64,000 bases of DNA from Diplonema japonicum (lineage: Eukaryota > Protista > Euglenozoa: Diplonemea). A model generated the notes under the pieces. It saw nothing but the letters and a program-made list of their open reading frames with translations, ran no database searches and was not told where the DNA came from. Location of the stretch: positions 496,001-560,000 of the forward strand of contig OZ025675.1 in the NCBI GenBank assembly GCA_964019335.1. The letters are read 5' to 3'. Position numbers and translations under genes: made by a program. Of this stretch, positions 18,520 to 29,015 are shown one piece after another. Position 1 is the stretch's first letter; each line of letters opens with the position of its first letter.

Positions 18520-21500
18520 AGATAAAGGAGGTTCCTGTCTTGGAACGTCCCCCTTGTCTCTACTTATCTACCCCTTTCTCCCTTCTGGGGCCTCGGCCTT
18601 TCTTTCTTTTTTGGCTGTGTTGCCTTTCTTAAAGTATCCTCTCTTTCTTCTTGCCACTTCCTGCCCAGTTTCTTAAGGTCCTTCTTGGTTTTCTCTGATG
18701 CAAAAACTGGCCTTCTGTTCCATCCCAGACTCTTCTTCGCACCTATGGTTCTGAGCGTGTGGTTCTTCTGGCTCTCCGCTGGGAAGATCCGCTTGCCTCT
18801 GACCTTCTCAGCAGCTGCCTTCCTGCTACCTTTATCTCTGGTGCCTTCCCTCCTGCTGCGAACACTTCGGACTTCTTCGTGTTGAGCTCCATGCCAATTA
18901 TGTCGCAGAATGCGGATGCACTGTCCGTGGCTTTTTGTAGTACTTCTGCTAGTTTCGCCAACAGGTATGCGTCGTCAGCATACGACAGAGTCTCCGCTCC
19001 CGTTCGTTCCTCCACACTCCTCATCAAGACCGCTAGTAGAGCGTTGATCATGATGATGGAGATCGGCACCCTTGCAGGATTCCGTTTGTGGTTGTGAACT
19101 CCTCGCCTACTCCTGTCGCGTATCTGAATCTCCTTCTGAGACCCTTGTACATCCCTTCTAACGCTCTCAGGATACCTTTGTCCATTCCCATCCGTTCCAT
19201 CAGCTTCAGCACCAGTTGTTGTGGAACTGTGTCAAAACACTTGGCGAAGTCTAGTGCGACACTCAACAACGGTGTCTTGTCCATCGCTGCTTCCTCTATC
19301 CTGGTGCAGATGTCCATGAGAACGTCCTCTGTCCCATGTCTGGCCCTAAACCCGTGTTGAGTTTTGTGGATCCAGGATTCTTGCCATTCGAGAATATCAC
19401 CAAGCCTTGTGCACGCCCATAATCTGTACACTGCCGACGTGACTGTTATGGGCCGATGCTCGAGTGGTCCTGCGTTCTTGGTCTTCGGGATAAGGGTCAC
19501 CAGAGCTGTCAACGCCGACTCTGGCCATTTTCCTGTCTTCTCTACCTCATTGAGGAAAACAGCCCATGCGTCCAATATGGATACTGGTAGCCTTCGTAGC
19601 TCTGCCATCCGCCAGCCGTCTACCCCCGCTGCGCTTCTGGCCGTATTTTTCTTCAGCACCTGCTTCAGGCGTATCCCAGTGATCGGTGTCCACACCATGT
19701 CTCTTTTTTCGATGTACGCACCGTACTCCTTCTCGAATGTTGCGTACGCGGGCTGGGGCTTGTCTCTGTATTTCGCAAAGACATGTTCCCAATGCTCCCT
19801 CATTGTCCTGTCCAATTCCTGCGGGTTTGCAATCGTGTCCTTTTCCATCTCCACAGTTGCTGTGGGTAGGCACTTCACGCGCGTGTGTTCGAGCTCCCCG
19901 TTCAGGTTGTGGATTGTGTTCACCGTAACCTTACTGAGCTGCCCTCCTCCTCTTTTCTGCAACATGTTGAGCTGCGTCTGAACGGCTCTCAGCCTGCCTC
20001 GCATGCCCGCGCTTTTCTCCAGCCGTACTTGCATGATCGACGCTGCCCCACACGAGCCAGTTGTTGTTGGTGCACATAGTTGTCTCTGTTGCGGTTGTCT
20101 CACCTTGCCGCGGCCCCTATAAGGTGCCGTGCCGACGGTCTCGTCCCCCAGAAGTATCTTCTCGCTCGCCTCAGCTAGCGCGAGGTACGCCGCCTCCGGG
20201 TCTTTTCGCATGTGTTCCCTGAAATTGCTCTCCTGGAGTGCCTTACTCCCTTCTTCTTCTGCTGGTTCCACGCCTCCTGGGATTTCTCGGGGTATCATGT
20301 ACCTCTTCACAGTCTGCTGGAATCTCGCAAGTTTCAGCTCTACCGTCAGAGTCATATGGTCCGCCCCCTTTACATCCCTGATTGTTCTGCAGCCCTGTAG
20401 CGCCTGCGCTGCGAATGCGTTTAGGAGGATGTAGTCGATCCTCGATGCACAGTTCTTCCGAGTGAAGGTTGGCATCGGGTCTTCTCCTTTTCCCGCTGCG
20501 CATGCTCCTGCCGCATCAGTCCATCCGTTCACCAGCGCGTGACGTAGCTCGTACGATCTTTTTTCGTCCGTGTTGAGGTCGCCTGCCACAATCACGGGGA
20601 CGTTCCCGAGCTCCATCGCCTTCTTCCTGAGGACGTGCTGCAAGAGTCGTTCTCGTTGCCTCCTTGGCCTCTACCTCCCCTGCTGGGCAGTACACGGTGA
20701 TGATGTGCAGCCACATATTTTCCCCGTCTATGCTTACCGTGTGTTGCCATCTACTGTTGATGTCTTGCTTCGCGTCATCCCTCTCAAGTGATGTTCGTGG
20801 CTCGCGTACAAAAGTCGCCAGGCCTCCTCGTCTTGCGATATCTATAGATATCAGACCTTCCTTGATCCTTCCCTGTTGCGGGTCTGCCCACATAGGTCTG
20901 TATTTTCGCTTCTTGTTCTTCTCTGTCGCGGATTTCATTGCGTGTGCCACCTCTTTCTGTCCTGCTGCCGTAAGTGCAGTCTCTTGTAGGCAGATCACGT
21001 CGACGTCGAGCTGCATGACGCTTTCCAGCCTGTTCCTCAGAGACGCTACATTTGCAGTTGCGAGATGGAAAACCTGTGTCGGTGGCTTCTTGGCCTGTTT
21101 GTTCACCCTCACTACTTAGGACTTTAAGTGTGCGGTTACCAGCCTTCTCATAGGGGGTATGGCGCCCCTGACTCGTCCCCGTCCCAGTGGTCAGGACACC
21201 CGTTCGTTCAGGGCCGGGTAGATTTCCCCGTTGTTGTAGAGTCGAAGTCTGGCCAGGTGCTGTAGCCTTCTTGTTCCGAGTACCAAGTGCCACCTTCAGC
21301 AGGTCTTCCATCTGCACTACTGTGGCCTCAGTCTTGCCCAACCAATCCATCATGTGTAGTGGGGCGAGTATAGCGTCGTAGTGCTGGGAGTCGTAAGCAA
21401 CTATAATCGTCTGCTTCGCCCCGTCAGGCTTCGTGGCCCGCACCATCCTCTTTTTGTGGAGGATCCAGATACATGTCTGGGTTGCCCATCCTGCCGCTCC

Positions 21501-22293
21501 GAGGGTGTAGTAGTCCCCCCACTCTCCGTCATGCTCGATCCTTCTGAGAGAAAGGGAGTGTCTCCTTGCTTCTTTGAAAAACTACGGGTTCGTCGCGATG
21601 TATTTTGCTGCCTGTGCACGTACTGTGCTGGCGTTCCCTGCTCCTCGCGCCCTAGCAATTGCAGCGAACTGGCAATTTCTGTCCCCTTCCACTGGCATGT
21701 ACCTCATGAGCAGCTGTTCGGCTGTGCTTCGCAGGAGTTGCCTCTCCGTTCCCTCGTCCTCCCACCGCCCCTCCATGCTTTTGCGTTTCATCGCCTCACG
21801 CACGCGCGGCATACCTTGCTGCTGCATCCGTCTACCTGACACTTAAGCTGGTACCGCTTCTTCGGTTGCTGCTTCTCGCAGCCGTCGCACCACCACCTCC
21901 CCTGCTTCTTCTCGCCCTCGTCGCGGTCTGGGTAGATGTGGGCGTGCCTGTCCGTGTCGCTTTCCCTCTGCCTTCGCTCGGTGTCCCTCGCTTGGCTTCG
22001 GCTCTTCGACTTCGACGACGCCCTCGACTTCGTCTTGGCCCTCGAGGTTGTCGTCTCCGCCGCATACCCTGCCGTGGCCTGTTCCTCGGGCTCCACCGAC
22101 ATCCTCGCCCTAGACGGGGATCTCATCCTCGGCTTCGGTGATGGTGATCGTGATGCCGATTGTGTGGGGGGTGTCGTCTCCCTTGTTGACTTCCCTCCAA
22201 CCTTCCGTTTCTTCTCTGTTGGCTTCCCAGAGAGCTTCTCCAGCATTGCCTTCAGTTCTTGCACTTCCTTTCTGAGAGCTACCACCTCCTGTT
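18520..22293 (-). mobile_element. Degenerate non-LTR retrotransposon (LINE): Cys-cluster, OTU protease, APE endonuclease, reverse transcriptase
   Basis: APE motifs: ATANVASL, DVICLQET, IVAGDLN, SRIDYIL, ADH. RT motifs: SAAGVDGW, HRPITV, QHGFR, LDFAKCFD, GILQGC, SYADD, LNTKKS. OTU motifs: VEGDRNCQFAAI...EWGDYYTL...HYDAI. Multiple frameshifts and stops are present, and the ends are approximate. Confidence 0.88.
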
Positions 22294-22295
22294 TG

Positions 22296-22338
<43 letters not shown>

Positions 22339-22415
22339 GTTGTGTGAGAACCTCAATTACCAGGGGCGAAGAAATCATATCGCTGTGTAAACAGGATTTC
22401 CGTGATTTTATTTTT

Positions 22416-24713
22416 CTAACCAACATGGTCTGAAACAACCTCCTTAGCATCATGGCAAGAACGAGGGCTCATGCTACTTTCCTCTAATGCCTGTATAGGC
22501 AGGTCGGTGTAGCATAAGTTAAGTAGGTGCTGCTCCGTTTGAGTGTCTTTGAATAGCTTCCGGAAGAGCGAGTGCATGTCTGGACGGTTTGTGTTCAACA
22601 CTGTAAGGTTCGTGAGTGCTGAGTCGTAGTTTTTGTTGCCTATTGCCTCCCAGTAAGGTTCAAGCATTTTTTCGGAGTTCTGTTCCTCCAGCTGGTACAT
22701 CCACTCGGCGTCGGTTACTTCTATTGTGGTCACAACCCAGTGCAGATCCATGGTCTTTTCTTTGGAACATATCTTGTCAACTAGAAACGTAACAATGCCA
22801 AGCAGTCCTCGTACCGCTGACTCACTAGCATAGATAGACGGTGTGAGCCCCAGTTCCTTCCCGCGCAGCGCCAGTAGCGACCCGACATCAACAAGATCCG
22901 ACCCTATCACGTTGAACCTCTGCTGTGCGCTCCCAAGGATCCCGTGGATGCTGATCTCTGTGTTGATACCAATGTCAATAGACAGTAAGTTGTGTTCTTT
23001 CGTTGTATTGTACAGCTCCAAGCCTAGATTCATGCTGCACTGCTTGCCGGTGCTGTTGGAACACGGCCGGACGGTGTTCCATGTGATGACGATCCTGTTC
23101 CCCTCCAGATTGCTGATCACGCCCTTGTAGGCCTTCGTCAGTTCTGCAACAAATCCGAAGAGGCGAAGGTGTAGATCTGCGGCAGAGACGATGTCCTGGT
23201 AACACTGCTGTGCGAAGTCGCTGAGGTACACCGTCAAGCTCGTTGCAGGCTTTGCGATCTTCAGCCCTAGAGAAAACACAGCGTTCGCTCTGCACCTCGT
23301 ATTTGAGCGGCTACTCGTCATTGTTCTTTGTATTTCCTCAATCTCCGTCTCGTTGTCCCCTTCCTCTTCTTCCGACAGATTCACGACAGGCAAGAAGGCC
23401 TGTACCTGCTTCACCATCTCCACAGCATGCCAGAACCCACGGTACAAAGAATTGAGCTCAAACAGCACATGAGACGTCCCAACAGACAGAACATCAGGGT
23501 GGTCCAGGTGCATGTCTGCCACCTTGTCGAAGGCCTTCGCCAGCCGTGTGAGGTTCGTGGTGAAGGCAAACGTCACAACTGTGGCGATGATGACAGAGGT
23601 GATGATCAAGACGGTCACAATGATGGTGGTGTCCCTGTTCGAGTCGTAGATCTTCTGGAAGAACACCTTCTCAGGGATGAGCCCGATGAGGTACCAACGG
23701 AGGTTGCTGTGGTACACAGGGAAGACCTGCAGCCAGTACTTGTCGCCGTGGCTGAAGGTCGAAAAGTACTCCTCGTCCCCTGTGAAGAGGGAGAGGTCAG
23801 GGAGGGCTGCATCCACAGTGTGATACAAGGAGAAGTTCGTCGTGCGCAGGGTGTAGAAGACAAAGTTCGGCTGCCCATTGGGAAGGGTCCCGTTCTGGTA
23901 GTAGACCTTGTCAACATCGGTGGAGATGATAAGATCCCTGTTCCCATTAACAAGGAGGAGCGACGAGTCGTTGGACAGGAGGTACGAGTTCAGCGAGAAG
24001 AAGGAGAGGTAGAGTCCCACACCGGTGACCCCTATGAAGTCCGCTGGGTTAGGGGTGAGGGTGCGGAACACAGGAGCCATGACGGCGGTGAAGGGACCAC
24101 CCCCACCAGCTATCCCTGGGTTCAAGGCCACAGAGATGGGGATCCACCTGGGCCTGTTCTCACTGCGGTACTGCACGATGTTGGGGCCTTGTGTGAACAT
24201 GGTGACGAAGGGCCGCTGGGAGACGTTGCGTGGTGCCGAGCCGTTAAAGGTGTTGATCCATGTCCCGTTCTCGGGGAAGTAGGGCTTCTGGAAGTCGAGG
24301 AAGGGCTCGTTGTTGAAGTAGACTGCTCTAGTAAGGACATCGATGAGCATCCCAAGGCCGTAGACATCCCCAAGGGCCCTGCTCCCGGGCAGCACAAAGT
24401 ACAGCTTGAAGAACCCTGACGACATGAAGAAGTGCGAGGCCCTCCGCACCCACACCTCAGGAGGGCTGTCCAGGCTGATGAGGCCGTGCTCGATGTCGTT
24501 CTTCGCCGACACAATTTCATCCTCTGGCTCCTCCTGCAGCTTGAACCTGATCTCGCTCACCACTGTGTTCATCATCGATATCGCCAGCCTCTTCGACACG
24601 ATGTCGATGCTGTCCTCTGCGTTGTTCTTCGTGATCACGAAAGCAAGCACAGACGACACCGCCACCAAGGCAGCCATCGTGGTCACACCTACCACTGCTG
24701 TGGGGAGGCGCAT
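22416..24713 (-). CDS. Receptor with TM, Cache-like extracellular domain, TM, HAMP and a degenerate (pseudo)cyclase domain
   Basis: TM1 lies near the N-terminus. Cache-like motifs RNVSQRPFV, PRWIPI, FIGVTGVG and LRWYLIGLIPE follow, then TM2 and a HAMP-like segment LTRLAKAFDKVADMHLD...ELNSL. The cyclase fold YKGVISNLEGNRIVITWN...IGINT...HGILGS lacks the FTDI and GD catalytic aspartates. The start is set at the first ATG, MRLPTA (24713). Confidence 0.8.
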   Translation of the reverse strand: MRLPTAVVGVTTMAALVAVSSVLAFVITKNNAEDSIDIVSKRLAISMMNTVVSEIRFKLQEEPEDEIVSAKNDIEHGLISLDSPPEVWVRRASHFFMSSGFFKLYFVLPGSRALGDVYGLGMLIDVLTRAVYFNNEPFLDFQKPYFPENGTWINTFNGSAPRNVSQRPFVTMFTQGPNIVQYRSENRPRWIPISVALNPGIAGGGGPFTAVMAPVFRTLTPNPADFIGVTGVGLYLSFFSLNSYLLSNDSSLLLVNGNRDLIISTDVDKVYYQNGTLPNGQPNFVFYTLRTTNFSLYHTVDAALPDLSLFTGDEEYFSTFSHGDKYWLQVFPVYHSNLRWYLIGLIPEKVFFQKIYDSNRDTTIIVTVLIITSVIIATVVTFAFTTNLTRLAKAFDKVADMHLDHPDVLSVGTSHVLFELNSLYRGFWHAVEMVKQVQAFLPVVNLSEEEEGDNETEIEEIQRTMTSSRSNTRCRANAVFSLGLKIAKPATSLTVYLSDFAQQCYQDIVSAADLHLRLFGFVAELTKAYKGVISNLEGNRIVITWNTVRPCSNSTGKQCSMNLGLELYNTTKEHNLLSIDIGINTEISIHGILGSAQQRFNVIGSDLVDVGSLLALRGKELGLTPSIYASESAVRGLLGIVTFLVDKICSKEKTMDLHWVVTTIEVTDAEWMYQLEEQNSEKMLEPYWEAIGNKNYDSALTNLTVLNTNRPDMHSLFRKLFKDTQTEQHLLNLCYTDLPIQALEESSMSPRSCHDAKEVVSDHVG

Positions 24714-24889
24714 CTCGTTGGCGAGAAGATCTTTCTTCCTGTCGGGGGTAAGAAAATTCACTATGATAGGAACGAAGTGGTTAGCAACGGCCCGCAGAAA
24801 AAGAGGTAGACAAACCCGCAAACCCGGGAGAGAACTATGGGATACACCAGAGGGCTCACTCTCCTCTGTCCCCTCTTTTCATTTTTAGA

Positions 24890-24945
24890 ACCCTCTACAG
24901 AGGTAAAAGGACCCTCTACAGAGGTAAAAGGACCCTCTACGGAGG
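24890..24945 (+). repeat. 21-bp tandem repeat (ACCCTCTACAGAGGTAAAAGG, ~2.7 copies)
   Basis: Directly visible. Each unit contains a CCTCT/AGAGG mini-inverted repeat. Confidence 0.85.
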
Positions 24946-25313
24946 AAACAAGAACAAGAAACGAGAAGGAGCGAAGTTCTATGGCGACTCGGATAGGTAT
25001 GCACGAGCAGCGAAATAAGAAGTCTGAAATATATTAGAAATAATTTTCACGTGTTTAAAAAGAAATCGGGGGGGGGGGGGGGAGAAGTCGTTCGGTGATA
25101 AAACCGAAAGGAGAGAGGAGAGAAAAAAAGAAGAAGAATGACGATGAAAAAAGAAAAGTAAAAAAAAAAAAAAAAAAAGTATATAGAATCGCTCGCTTTA
25201 GGAGGTGACGCTACTCACCTGGGCTTTTACACCTTGCTGCCTATAGAAAAAAAAGAATTTCTTTTTCTTCCTGAAAAAAGGAATAAGCAGCACCTAATGG
25301 GGCTGCATGTTCC

Positions 25314-25470
25314 AAAAAAATAATTCTTTATGACTATATGTCTTTGTTGTTCGCACGAGCAAAAAAGATTTTTAAAAAGCTGCGAAAGTTTTTTGCTCGG
25401 CACAAGTTGCATAAAGTTATAAAATCATTTTTTGAAAGATAAATATTTGTAACAAAAAAAAAAAAAAAAT
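25314..25470 (+). repeat. ~150-bp internally palindromic repeat ending in poly(A); inverted copy at 30221-30363
   Basis: TAATTCTTTATGACTATATGTCTTTGTTGTTCG...GCTGCGAAAGTTTTTTGCTCGGCACAAGTTGCATA.AGTTATAAAATCATTTTTTGAA..GATAAATATTTGTAAC(A)n matches the reverse complement of 30221-30363. Confidence 0.85.
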
Positions 25471-25473
25471 AAG

Positions 25474-26067
25474 TTACGCTTTTACAAAGGTCCACGTCAC
25501 TGCCTCGGAGACATCCACCCTTACCGATCGTGCTCTCGTGGTCTGGTGCCTGTAGCCTTGACCAGCGAACAGGTCGCAATCGAATTCCGTTACGCTGCGA
25601 AATTTCCACCCCGCTTCATCTGCTACATCTTCGATGTCCCACTCAGAGTAAGGGAAGGTGGTTTTTGTGCTGATCCGGAGCTTTGTCCTGCGAGTGACGA
25701 ACGGCTGTCGGCGAAGGTTCGAAAAAACATCAAAAAGAAGCGTTTGATTCGAGGCTATTCCCTCCTCCGGGCACAGAGTCTGGTTGTAGCCTGTGTGTGG
25801 GAAGTTAAACAGTACATAGTCATAGGGATCCCGCCCCAGGATCTTCCACACTTTTTTGTAGGTGGCGTCCACTGGTTGGGTGATGCAGAAGCACCCCATG
25901 TCCACAAGATCGTCAAGGGTTTCAACGCAGATGCATTCGTCTGGTTCAAGAGTGCTCGTGACTACATTCTCAGGATCCACCCCGTTCATGGTGCACAGTG
26001 CCCTTGTGAAGGTCAGGTTCCCGTCTCCGAGAACAAGAATCCTGTCGTTGTACTTGAATGGCAGCAT
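25474..26067 (-). CDS. BMT5-like 25S rRNA (uridine-N3) methyltransferase domain protein (DUF2431)
   Basis: Motifs ILVLGDGNLTFTRAL, VDAT, YDYVLFNFPHTG, N..LL..F, PYSEWDI and GYRHQTT are typical of DUF2431/BMT5. Confidence 0.85.
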   Translation of the reverse strand: MLPFKYNDRILVLGDGNLTFTRALCTMNGVDPENVVTSTLEPDECICVETLDDLVDMGCFCITQPVDATYKKVWKILGRDPYDYVLFNFPHTGYNQTLCPEEGIASNQTLLFDVFSNLRRQPFVTRRTKLRISTKTTFPYSEWDIEDVADEAGWKFRSVTEFDCDLFAGQGYRHQTTRARSVRVDVSEAVTWTFVKA

Positions 26068-26183
26068 TTTCCCCCCCTCTTCTTTTGGTATTTTCTTTTT
26101 TTTTTATTTAATTCTGTAAAGTTACATGAGGAAATTCCTAAAGAGCCATAAAAATCAGAAATCACTTTACCGTTCACTTTTGG

Positions 26184-26425
26184 ATCGATCAAACCGATCC
26201 GAAATTAAAAAAAAACCGATCAAACCGATCGAAAAAAACCGATCATAAACCGATCCGAAATTAAAAAAAACCGATCAGACCGATCCGAAATTAGAAAAAA
26301 ACCGATCATAAACCGATCAAACCGATCCGAAATTAGAAAAAAACCGATCATTAACCCGACTGTGATCGAAAATCTAAAATTGCTCGGGTCGGGTTTCAAA
26401 ACCCGAAGGTGATCGGTTAACCCTG
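26184..26425. mobile_element. Solo hAT-like transposon end with AACCGATC subterminal repeat array
   Basis: About 11 copies of (A)ACCGATC, several followed by CGAAATT. The array ends in GTGATCGGTTAACCCTG (reverse complement CAGGGTTAACCGATCAC). No partner end was seen. Confidence 0.55.
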
Positions 26426-26436
26426 GACACTATGCA

Positions 26437-26605
26437 TATTAAATAAAAATCAGTCAGATTTTTACTCGGAATTCTTGTTCGTTTACCAAAGGAATTCTTT
26501 TTTCACTCGTTTTTTTGAATTTCACTCGCTTCGCTCGTGAAATTCAACTACTCGTGAAAAAAAGAATTCCTCGTAAAAAGCAGGTAATCTGATTCTTATT
26601 TAATA
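26437..26605. mobile_element. Palindromic non-autonomous element with nested TC/TC (GA/GA) mismatches (Crypton-like family, inferred)
   Basis: Terminal IR TATTAAATAAAAATCAG / CTGATTCTTATTTAATA. Core TTGAATTTCAC-TC-GCTTCGC-TC-GTGAAATTCAA. Confidence 0.65.
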
Positions 26606-26609
26606 AATA

Positions 26610-29015
26610 CTGTAAAACGAATAATGTCGGACGGAAAAATTCCCGGACACCAAAAAAACCCGGACATTTTTCCGTCCGGGAGTCTTTCTGGGGAAAAGTC
26701 TTTTTTACGGAAGGGGGGTAGCAGCTCCTGCTTTTTTTCCCATACCACCATGTTTGCCTGGAAGGGCTTTGCAGACTCGTATGCAGAGCCAAAATGTTTA
26801 CCCTGCGTGGCAGTTTGAATTTTTTTTCCCTCCCTTTCAATGCACCAACAAACAGCACCCACAGGATCTTAACTTTCTTCAATCTCATAAACCCGTACTT
26901 CTTTCGTCAAATGACCAGTTCGACTACCCAAGGCACGTTGAGCAACTGGCTTGTGAGGCGCCCAACTTTGGTTGCTGACACTTCCGACCAGCTCACCCCC
27001 CGAGAGGTGGAGGAGATAAACTCCTTACACCGGGCCAAGAAGGCCAGAACAAACCCCCGAAAGCAGGTCCAGCTCGAAGGATACTAAAGCCCTTATTGGG
27101 CGATACGCTGCTACCCACGGCGTCGCGGCGGCCAGGTCGTGGTATCGCACGAAAGATGGAACTAACGTCCAGTATTTCCGACTGAAAAAAAAACTTTGGG
27201 GGCTCTGTTGGGCCTGTTGCTGCCCCCTTACCGTCGGTCGCAAACCTCTTCTGGCCGAGGCAGAGACTGTCAAGGTTTTTGCTTGGGTCGATAGGCAAAA
27301 CGAACTTGGCGAGCCTATCTCAGCGCAACAAATATGCACCTATGCAGAAGGGCTGCTGCGCGCTAATCCAGCCCGAAAGACAGAGCTGGTAGACTTTGGT
27401 GGGACACTGTCCTTTCCAGCTGGGCTGACAAGCTTTGCAGCAGGAAAGGCTACAAAAGCCGCAGACCCACCACCGGAAAACCTGGAAACGAGAAGGACAA
27501 AGAGAGGGCACGCTGTTTCGCCATGCAATTCAGGTCTATAATCGACACCCATAAAGTAAGGCCTGAATTGGTCTGGAATATGGACCAAACCTCCCTGCAG
27601 CTGTTGCCGTTGGGGTTAAAAACCAAAACGAAAAGGGGTGCAAAGGTCGTAAAAGTCAGCCATAACCGGACAGTTGGCTGTCTCCTTGGCTGGGGATAAG
27701 TTGCATCCGCAACTTATATACAAAGGCAGAACGGAACCTGCAGCCGACAGGGTTTATCCAGGGTCCGTGCCCCGGGTCAAGCACCCGCCCACCGAATGGA
27801 GCCTAACGGCATCGCCCAGTCATTGGGCTAATTATGATACACTCAGTATCTGGGTCAAAAAGCTGTTTCTTCCTTTTTGCAGTAAAACCATCGATTCTCA
27901 TGGTTTTGCCCCGAACGAGTCGATTCTGCTGCTTGTCGATGACTACAACTGTCATTCGACCGATGAGTTTTTGGAGTTGTTCGAAGGCACAAACGTGAAT
28001 ATTTCTTTTGTCCCCCTGGGCTCACCTACATGGTTCAACCGATGGATATTGGGTTGAACGCAGCTGTAAAAGCATCTATTAAGAACAGTTATAAAAAGTG
28101 GGCCACACGAAGGCTCGACAAGCTGATTGCCTCAGGGGCGGCGGCTGAATCATGGGAGGTGCCCTCTACTAGCTCGATTAAAGGGCCTCACTTGAGGTAT
28201 GCCACGAGGCTTTTTCTTTTCCTGTTTTTTTCCTAGGTGGGTCGAAACAGCCTGGGATGCTGTCTCCGGCCAGTCGATCAGGAACAGCTGGGCTTCCTGT
28301 TTTGGCCACTACCTGGAACCCGGATGGAGCCCAATTTGGGAGTTTTCGGTACTTGCTGCATACGCCGGTGTTGCGTGTGTGCTGGCTGTTGGAAAAACAT
28401 GGGAGGAAGAGTGGGAAGAGGACTGGGGCTGGGAGGAGGTCTGGGAAGAGGAGGACGACGAGTACACCCTATATGCCAGACTTGCCCAGGACATGGAGCA
28501 TGGACGTCTGGAAGTCATCGACGTAGATGCATCTTCCGACACGACCACCGTGTCCGCCGCCTCGACGATAACCGAAGAAACCTTTTCCGTTTCTTCAGAC
28601 TCGTCAGTGGAGATACTCCCCAGTCTCACCCAGCAACGGCTGGATGACGCTGCCGCCAGGAGGGCCGCCAAGAAGGCAACAGCTAAGCCCGCAGGCAAGG
28701 TAGCACAGTAGATAACCCTACCCCCCCTTTTTTTTCTTTTCTTTTCGCTTTTTATCAATCAGTTTAATCTTGAGCTTTATGCCCACACGGTATCTTCTTC
28801 CAGGGATAATGCGGACACGAAACACATGACCCAGATACCCAGTGGTTCGGTGGCGGTTTCTTCGCGCGGTTGCCGTTTGCAGCCCAGGCCAGTATGTAGG
28901 TGGTAGTGGACCAGGCCCCCTGACGACCTTACAGAAAAAACTCCCGGACGGAAAAACTCCCGGACACCAAAAAAAACTCGGACATTTTTCCGTCCGGGAG
29001 TTTTTCGTTTTACAG
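26610..29015 (+). mobile_element. pogo/Tigger-like (Tc1/mariner superfamily) DNA transposon
   Basis: TA|CTGTAAAACGAATAATGTCGGACGGAAAAAT ... ATTTTTCCGTCCGGGAGTTTTTCGTTTTACAG|TA gives imperfect ~30-bp TIRs with a TA TSD. The CCGGACACCAAAAAAA..CGGACATTTTTCCGTCCGGGAG block is repeated at both ends. Confidence 0.9.
26911..28711 (+). pseudogene. pogo-like DDE_1 transposase pseudogene (CENP-B HTH plus DD35D) with a 40-nt intron at 28197-28236
   Basis: Motifs GRKPLL..., VWNMDQT, GDKLHPQLIYKG, SHWAN, LLLVDDYNCH, QPMDIGLNAAVK and AWDAVSGQSIRNSW. Several frameshifts are present. Confidence 0.85.

Noticed and set aside
5853-22293. Diversity-generating retroelement (RT near paralogs with variable heads)
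   Set aside because: The RT is a frameshifted non-LTR type fused to APE. Paralog differences are not adenine-specific and there is no TR/VR pair.
26184-26352. AACCGATC array as a CRISPR or iteron array
   Set aside because: Units are 8-25 bp, irregular and lack unique spacers. The context is eukaryotic with no cas genes, and the array fits transposon subterminal repeats.
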